A stretch of DNA of 64,000 nt from the NCBI GenBank assembly GCA_009786985.1, contig WRGW01000112.1, forward strand, positions 2,330 to 66,329. Direction: 5' to 3'. The translations under genes and the position numbers were made by a program. Of the stretch, positions 58,701-64,000 are shown piece by piece; the stretch's first letter is position 1, and each line of letters starts with the position of its first letter. The notes under the pieces were generated by a model. The model was given only the letters and a program-made list of their open reading frames with translations, was not told where the DNA came from and searched no databases. This stretch comes from Oscillospiraceae bacterium. GTDB taxonomy: Bacteria; Bacillota; Clostridia; Oscillospirales; Ruminococcaceae.

Positions 58701-58800
58701 TTATTGAAAGTTCGGGTGTAATACCTCCGACGCTCTGCGTCGGTTCTCTCGAGCGAAGCGAGAGGGGTGCAGAGCTTGCCCTGCGGTGTTACCAAACATT
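58701..58800 (+). repeat. Cassette repeat copy 6 (100 bp)
   Basis: TTATTGAAAGTTCGGGTGTAATACC...TGCGGTGTTACCAAACATT. Confidence 0.9.
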
Positions 58801-59027
58801 GTAACATAAAAAACTGAATACGTCAAGCAAAATAAAGCCAAAGCACAGCTTTGTCTTTGTTTTGCTCTTGCTATTATAACACATTTTTTTGAAAATTGCA
58901 AGCAAAATTTTGAATTTTGAAAAAAAAATTAAAAATTTTGCAACCTTTCTATATCGAGAAGCGTTTTATTAGTATTAAGTCACCGACAAAGTCATGGTTT
59001 AATAATTGTACGAAAGGTAAAAAATTC

Positions 59028-60425
59028 ATGAAAAATACTAAAGGTTCTAAAAAAACACTCAAAATTATGGCACTGGCGTTAATTACGATGCTCCTGCTCA
59101 CATTGGTGGCTTGTAATAGCGATGATATAAACCATGTGGTTGAAAACGTTCCTGAACGTGGACGCACTAGTGAAAACGGTGAGGCTGATAATAATTCAGT
59201 GCTTGAAGGGCATTCTGCTGATTACGCACTTGAAGGCGATTCCGTTGATGACATAGTAGATATAGTAGTGGGGGGCGTAGATTTAGGGGAAGTGGGCGAT
59301 GTTGATAGCGATATGAGAATGAGCGACGATGAACATCATTTTGTGGAACCAATCCCTCCTGCTGGTGGCGAAACACAATACCCTGATATAGAGCTTTTGC
59401 CAATCGAACCGGGTCAACTTACAGCTGGTGAGTGGAACGATAACGCTAATTTGGATTTGTGGAACTCTCTTTTCCGCAATGCACCGTGGCGAAATTTCCC
59501 GCAGACGTGGGGGCTTTCGACTGCGAATCGTATTATAGTGAATGTCACAAATGGCGATTCACCAATACGTAATGCGCGTGTCGAGCTTTTTGGTAGCAAT
59601 GATGACCCACTTTGGGTTTCACGCACTGACCATAATGGGAGAGCGTTTGTGTTCGGTGACTCTGACCCACAATCACAAACTGGGGCTTCTCACATAATTG
59701 TGACTATGGGTTCGATTGAAGAGCGTGTGAATGTCGGGAGTTCTGATACTATAACAGTCGATTTAAGTGGTGCAACTTCTCCAACCCGAGCGCTTGATTT
59801 GATGTTTGTAATCGACACCACTGGTTCAATGGGAGATGAATTGCGTTATTTGCAAGCCGAACTTGAAGATGTGATTGATTCTGTTCGTAGCCAAAATTCT
59901 AGCTTGCCGATTAGGCTTTCGATGAACTTCTACCGTGACCACGGTGATGATTATGTAGTTCTCCCTCATTCGTTTACCGAAGATATTCCTGAAGCTATTC
60001 GTATTCTTGGTAGGCAGAGTGCGGCTGGTGGCGGTGACTGGCCTGAAGCTGTAGCCGAAGCACTCGAAAACGCCGTGTTTGAACACGATTGGCACGAAGA
60101 TTCGATAAAGTTGATGTTTTTAGTTCTCGACGCACCAGGTCACGAAAACCCAGAGTCGATTGCAACTATAAACAAAGCCGTGCGTGAAGCAAGCGAAAAA
60201 GGAATACGTATAATCCCTATTCAAGCGAGTGGGAATATGGGTTTGTATGATACAATCACCGAATTTAAAATGCGTGCATTCAGTATTTTGACTGGTGGAA
60301 CTTATACCTTCCTTACCAGTGATTCAGGCATAGGTAATCCACACAACGAACCTACCATCGGTGCATTTCAAGTTGAAATGTTAAATGAAATGTTGGTGCG
60401 GATTATTAACGAATATATTTCATGA
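59028..60425 (+). CDS. Lipoprotein with von Willebrand factor A domain
   Basis: Lipobox LVAC, DLMFVIDTTGSM MIDAS motif, GGGDWPEAV, LDAPGH. Confidence 0.88.
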   Translation: MKNTKGSKKTLKIMALALITMLLLTLVACNSDDINHVVENVPERGRTSENGEADNNSVLEGHSADYALEGDSVDDIVDIVVGGVDLGEVGDVDSDMRMSDDEHHFVEPIPPAGGETQYPDIELLPIEPGQLTAGEWNDNANLDLWNSLFRNAPWRNFPQTWGLSTANRIIVNVTNGDSPIRNARVELFGSNDDPLWVSRTDHNGRAFVFGDSDPQSQTGASHIIVTMGSIEERVNVGSSDTITVDLSGATSPTRALDLMFVIDTTGSMGDELRYLQAELEDVIDSVRSQNSSLPIRLSMNFYRDHGDDYVVLPHSFTEDIPEAIRILGRQSAAGGGDWPEAVAEALENAVFEHDWHEDSIKLMFLVLDAPGHENPESIATINKAVREASEKGIRIIPIQASGNMGLYDTITEFKMRAFSILTGGTYTFLTSDSGIGNPHNEPTIGAFQVEMLNEMLVRIINEYIS

Positions 60426-60440
60426 AATTTGAAGCAAAAC

Positions 60441-60552
60441 AAGAGCGCGTCCTGCAAAGGCGGCTTTGCCGTCTTGAAGGGATTAGCTTGAAGAAGTGCT
60501 TCGTCGAGAGTTCGCCCACTACAGACGAGCAAAGCCCGTATGTAGTGGGCAT
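60441..60552 (+). repeat. Repeat module plus hairpin between convergent genes
   Basis: GAGCGCGTCCTGCAAAGGCGGCTTTGCCGTCTTGAAGGGATTAGCT matches 63908-63954; GCCCACTACA/TGTAGTGGGC hairpin follows. Confidence 0.75.
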
Positions 60553-60565
60553 ACTTTTGTTTTGC

Positions 60566-61942
60566 TTACATCAACTCAAACCTTAATCGCCCGATTCGCC
60601 TGCCCTCCATCGTTAGAACGGTGATTTTAAAAAGTTCACTCACTGTAATTTCACCTGCTTCAGGGATTTTCCCGAAAAGTTCAAATACCCAGCCACCCAC
60701 GGTATTACGTTCTGATTTGATTATGAATTGTGGCGATTTTTCTGATTCATCAGATTTGAAGGCCTTGTCTGCACGGTCGGCGAAAAAACGATTAAAGTCA
60801 ATTATACTAAGTTCGCTCTGAACTTCAAACACACCATCAACGTCTGGCTTAAATTTGATTGGTTGAGTTTCTTCATCTCCCTCATCCCAAATTTCGCCGA
60901 CGAGTTCTTCTAAGATATCCTCAAGTGTGACAATTCCAGCAGTTCCGCCATACTGGTCTAACACGACCGCAAGGTGGGATTTTTGACGCTGCATAAGTTT
61001 GAGTGCCTCGGACAATTTCATCAAAGCGGGGAGTTTTATTATATCGTCTTGAACTAAATCTCTCACTAAATTTGGTGGTTCTGGATTTTCTGAAAGCTCT
61101 ACGTTTTTAGTGGTTTCGGTATTTTCAGAATGAGCCGATTTTTCTGATTGGGTAGATAACAGGCGTTTCATAAACTCCTTATTGCTAATCATACCGACGA
61201 TTTTGTCGAGGCTTTCTTCATATACGGGTAGGCGTGAATAGCCCTCTTTCAAAAAAACGTCACGCACTTTCTCAACCGAATCGTTAATCGAAACGGCGAC
61301 TATATCAACACGTGGAGTTTGGATTTTCTCGACTGTCGTTTCGTCAAATACTAACGCAGAACGCACCAAATCACTCTCGTGTTCTTCTAACACACCCTCG
61401 TCTTCGATTTCGTCGATAATCTGTAATAGTTCTTCTTCAGTAACGCTGACTTGTGCTTCTTCCTTAGCGAAAATTTTTGTCACCCCACGTTGTAGTAAGA
61501 GCATGACGGACGAAATTGGCATAAACAGCCACATCACAAAAGTGAGGACTCCTGCCGCAGTAAGCACAAACCAGTCAGCGTGTTCGCGTGCGAGGGTTTT
61601 AGGCAAAATGTCAGAAAAAATAATCAAAGCCACTGTGAGCACTGCCGATGAAACGGCGACAACAAACCCCTCGTCCCAATCAGCGGTGCGTGCTAAATCA
61701 ATTGCAAGCAAAGTCGCTACTGATGCCACGATAATTGTGAGGACATTTACACCGATTAAAAGGGTAGCAAGCATTCGGTCATAGTTTTCAAGTAGTCTTA
61801 ACACTTTTTTCGCAGAAACAGAACCGTTTTCGGCACGATGTTTAATCCGAATACGGTTAGTTCCTGTTATTGCGGTTTCGCTCGATGCGAAAAATCCAGA
61901 TAATAAAATCAAGATTATAATTACAGCGATTTGCCAAGCCAT
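60566..61942 (-). CDS. HlyC/CorC family (CNNM + CBS) transporter-associated protein
   Basis: SGFFASSETA, TPRVDI, YSRLPVY, DQYGGTAGIVTLEDILEELVGEIWDE. Confidence 0.93.
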   Translation of the reverse strand: MAWQIAVIIILILLSGFFASSETAITGTNRIRIKHRAENGSVSAKKVLRLLENYDRMLATLLIGVNVLTIIVASVATLLAIDLARTADWDEGFVVAVSSAVLTVALIIFSDILPKTLAREHADWFVLTAAGVLTFVMWLFMPISSVMLLLQRGVTKIFAKEEAQVSVTEEELLQIIDEIEDEGVLEEHESDLVRSALVFDETTVEKIQTPRVDIVAVSINDSVEKVRDVFLKEGYSRLPVYEESLDKIVGMISNKEFMKRLLSTQSEKSAHSENTETTKNVELSENPEPPNLVRDLVQDDIIKLPALMKLSEALKLMQRQKSHLAVVLDQYGGTAGIVTLEDILEELVGEIWDEGDEETQPIKFKPDVDGVFEVQSELSIIDFNRFFADRADKAFKSDESEKSPQFIIKSERNTVGGWVFELFGKIPEAGEITVSELFKITVLTMEGRRIGRLRFELM

Positions 61943-62740
61943 TTAGCTTTTACTCCTATCTGATACAATCAGCTTACGAACAGCTTCGACTGCACATTTA
62001 ATCGCACGACTATTGTCTTTACATACACTATCTGGAAGCCCAGCTTTTGAGCGTTCAACATTCCAGAGTGCGGTTAAAACAGCACCTGCACGAACTTCTC
62101 TCACGAGTGCGACTGAAAACAAAGTTGCCGCCTCCATTTCAGAAGCAAGACATCCCGCTTTTAGATACGCATTCCATCTATTATGAAGATGTGGTGCAAT
62201 CGGCATGGTTTCGGGTGCAACTTCGCCATAAAACGAATCTTTGCTCTGAACCACACCCACGTGGTAAGCGTTGCCAGCGTTCGTGGTAGAGCTTTGTTTG
62301 GCAGCCTCGGCTAAAGCTGAAACGACCTCAAAATCAGCCACTGCTGGATAGCAAGATGGTAGATATTCAGCACTCGCCCCATCACCACGAATTGCGGCTG
62401 AAGCTATGACTAAATCTCCGCCATGAACTTTTAGATTGATTCCCCCAGAAGTCCCAACTCTCACAAAAGTATGACAACCACATTTGACTAGCTCTTCAAT
62501 CGCAATCGCAGCTGACGGACCGCCGATTCCTGTCGAAACCACGCTTACAGGAGTTCCATCTAAACTCCCAGTATAAGTCACGTATTCTCGATTAGTTGCT
62601 ATGTGTTTGGGGTCATCTAAGTATTCGGCGATTTTTGAAACTCTCCCAGGGTCTCCCGGTAAAATCACGTATTTACCGACTTGGTTTTTATCAGCAGAAA
62701 TCTGTAGATGATACTGAAAATTCGGGTCTAACAAAGCCAT
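61943..62740 (-). CDS. udp: Uridine phosphorylase
   Basis: LPGDPGRV, STGIGGPSAAIA.EEL, RVGTSGG, SKDSFYG, SEMEAA; likely start ATG 62740. Confidence 0.92.
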   Translation of the reverse strand: MALLDPNFQYHLQISADKNQVGKYVILPGDPGRVSKIAEYLDDPKHIATNREYVTYTGSLDGTPVSVVSTGIGGPSAAIAIEELVKCGCHTFVRVGTSGGINLKVHGGDLVIASAAIRGDGASAEYLPSCYPAVADFEVVSALAEAAKQSSTTNAGNAYHVGVVQSKDSFYGEVAPETMPIAPHLHNRWNAYLKAGCLASEMEAATLFSVALVREVRAGAVLTALWNVERSKAGLPDSVCKDNSRAIKCAVEAVRKLIVSDRSKS

Positions 62741-62766
62741 ATTTTTATTCTCTTTTCTTTTTCGAT

Positions 62767-62843
62767 TTATTGAAAGTTTGGGTGCATAGTCGGCTATATC
62801 AAGCAGGCAAAGCCTGCACATCGAGAGCTTTGTTACCAAACAT
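62767..62843 (+). repeat. Cassette repeat copy 7
   Basis: TTATTGAAAGTTTGGGTG...TCAAGCAGGCAAAGCCTGC..TCGAGAGCTTTGTTACCAAACAT. Confidence 0.88.
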
Positions 62844-62845
62844 CT

Positions 62846-63418
62846 TCAAGTTTTTTTAGAACTTTGAGATTTTGGAGTTTTTTTCTTGCGTCGTTTTGGC
62901 TTGTTAAAGCTATCGAGTACACTAGGTCTTTGTTTAGGCGAATCGTCAGATATGTTCATTTTATAAAGGCTTTGGCTAGGGTCATTTGGATTTCTGTATC
63001 CATCATTTCCAAGAATACTCTCAGCGGGCGCGTTGTGTTTTTGACGAGCTTTTTCTGCCATATCAATCCCCGCCATGGTAATGACTGTGAGAGTCGCTAT
63101 CAGTAACGGGAGATAAAAACCTCCGTTAAACACCATATTTTCTGTGATGTAGTCTAAAAAACCTAAGTGCAGAACTAATAGCAAGATTGCCCCACCAATC
63201 GACAAACCAGCAGCAATCCGATACATTTTTAGTTTCACGAAAACACAAGGCGTGATATATCCAGCGACCGTCGCAAACAACCACAAAATCGGGATATAGA
63301 CTGGTAAAGCCTCACCAATTTCAGAAAAAAGCAACATACTCAAAGGGAACACCACTCCAATTACAAGCCCCCATATTGCTACAATTATAAACATTATAAT
63401 TCTCAAAAATAATTTCAT
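62846..63418 (-). CDS. Hypothetical membrane protein (about 4 TM, basic tail)
   Basis: Hydrophobic segments; AAAGGGGA RBS. Confidence 0.75.
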   Translation of the reverse strand: MKLFLRIIMFIIVAIWGLVIGVVFPLSMLLFSEIGEALPVYIPILWLFATVAGYITPCVFVKLKMYRIAAGLSIGGAILLLVLHLGFLDYITENMVFNGGFYLPLLIATLTVITMAGIDMAEKARQKHNAPAESILGNDGYRNPNDPSQSLYKMNISDDSPKQRPSVLDSFNKPKRRKKKTPKSQSSKKT

Positions 63419-63563
63419 ATGACCATGATTCCCCTTTCACCACACGAATTTCCGCAAATACTGTCAAATTTTATATGTTGTCGAGGATTTTGGGTAAAGT
63501 GATAGACAAAGCCCATACAACGAAAATGTGAATGGGTTTTTGAAGGTTGCCTTATACTCATAG

Positions 63564-63593
63564 ATTATAACATACTAAACATACGTTTGTCAA
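63564..63593 (-). promoter_or_regulatory. SigA-type promoter for the membrane protein-udp-hlyC operon
   Basis: Minus strand TTGACA-18 nt-TATAAT. Confidence 0.6.
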
Positions 63594-63815
63594 TAGGGTA
63601 TTGCGTAAATTTAGGTACAGTTGCATCAAACCACAAAATCCCCTTGAGCTTGAAACAGGAATTGAAACACTTATTACTGAAGAATATTTGATGGACAAGA
63701 ATTCACAGCAATGTTCTAATTCAAGTGAAATAAATGTAATTTCAGACACGTACTACCCTAAAGAATAAAATCAAAAGATTTCTCAATCACTTTGAAACAT
63801 GACTGGTATTGAAAA

Positions 63816-63890
63816 CTGAACTTGATTTCTGGTAGAATTATGAGTGTATATTAGACCTTTAGGGCTGTTGAATAAATTAACAGCCCTAAA
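63816..63890 (+). pseudogene. Duplicated 3' end of the DUF4097 gene with its terminator
   Basis: Encodes LNLISGRIMSVY* versus LNLTSGRIRIMSVY* at 37380; same hairpin follows. Confidence 0.8.
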
Positions 63891-63907
63891 ATATATTTGC
63901 AAGACGA

Positions 63908-63954
63908 GAGCGCGTCCCGCAGAGGTGGCTCTGCCATCCTCGCAGGGATTAGCT
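63908..63954 (+). repeat. Repeat module
   Basis: GAGCGCGTCCCGCAGAGGTGGCTCTGCCATCCTCGCAGGGATTAGCT matches 60443-60488. Confidence 0.75.
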
Positions 63955-64000
63955 CTCCTCTTGTTTGGCTTACACTAAGATTTCACGCTGACTTGCGGCG

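Noticed and set aside
60514-60552. GTAG-family REP doublet (GCCCACTACA/TGTAGTGGGC)
   Set aside because: Single instance with GTAG on the loop side of the stem; more simply a terminator between convergent genes.
63601-63768. Possible ~55-aa plus-strand ORF starting TTG
   Set aside because: No RBS or recognisable motif; overlaps the promoter region of the divergent operon.
1-64000. CRISPR array
   Set aside because: Repeats are dispersed and of variable length; no regularly spaced direct repeats with unique spacers and no cas genes.

Overview
A 64-kb chromosomal segment from a low-GC, spore-forming Clostridia-type Firmicute (Oscillospiraceae/Ruminococcaceae-like; inferred from gene content such as sigK, yunB, pflAB, split metH and the VTC-DUF4956 cluster). 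It is mostly housekeeping: nadD, rdgB, ftsY, rnz, cca, mreB-like, coaB, transaldolase, glyA, prs, rarA, proS, trpEG, pflAB, metFH, clpC, uppP, ftsK, yicC, rpmH-rnpA-yidD-yidC-jag, yigZ, sigK, udp, and two tRNAs. It also holds one Type IIG-like restriction-modification fusion gene and several decayed fragments (parA-like, hsdS, ricin-lectin, DUF4097 paralog). No transposase, integrase, phage genes or CRISPR array were seen. Three observations are the most unusual. (1) A dense, modular family of palindromic repeats: at least 7 cassettes share the ends TTATTGAAAGTTCGGG...TGTTACCGAACATT, and interchangeable hairpin modules show compensatory base changes around a GGC-TYT-GCC core. These sit in leaders and intergenic gaps, nest inside each other, have inserted in frame into two housekeeping genes (rdgB, yigZ), and bracket an hsdS fragment. 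(2) A MITE-like family, one copy of which forms a TTAA-flanked composite around a stand-alone coaB gene. (3) A strong, compartment-specific depletion of lysine in predicted extracytoplasmic protein domains. All calls come from reading the sequence by eye; no database search was run.
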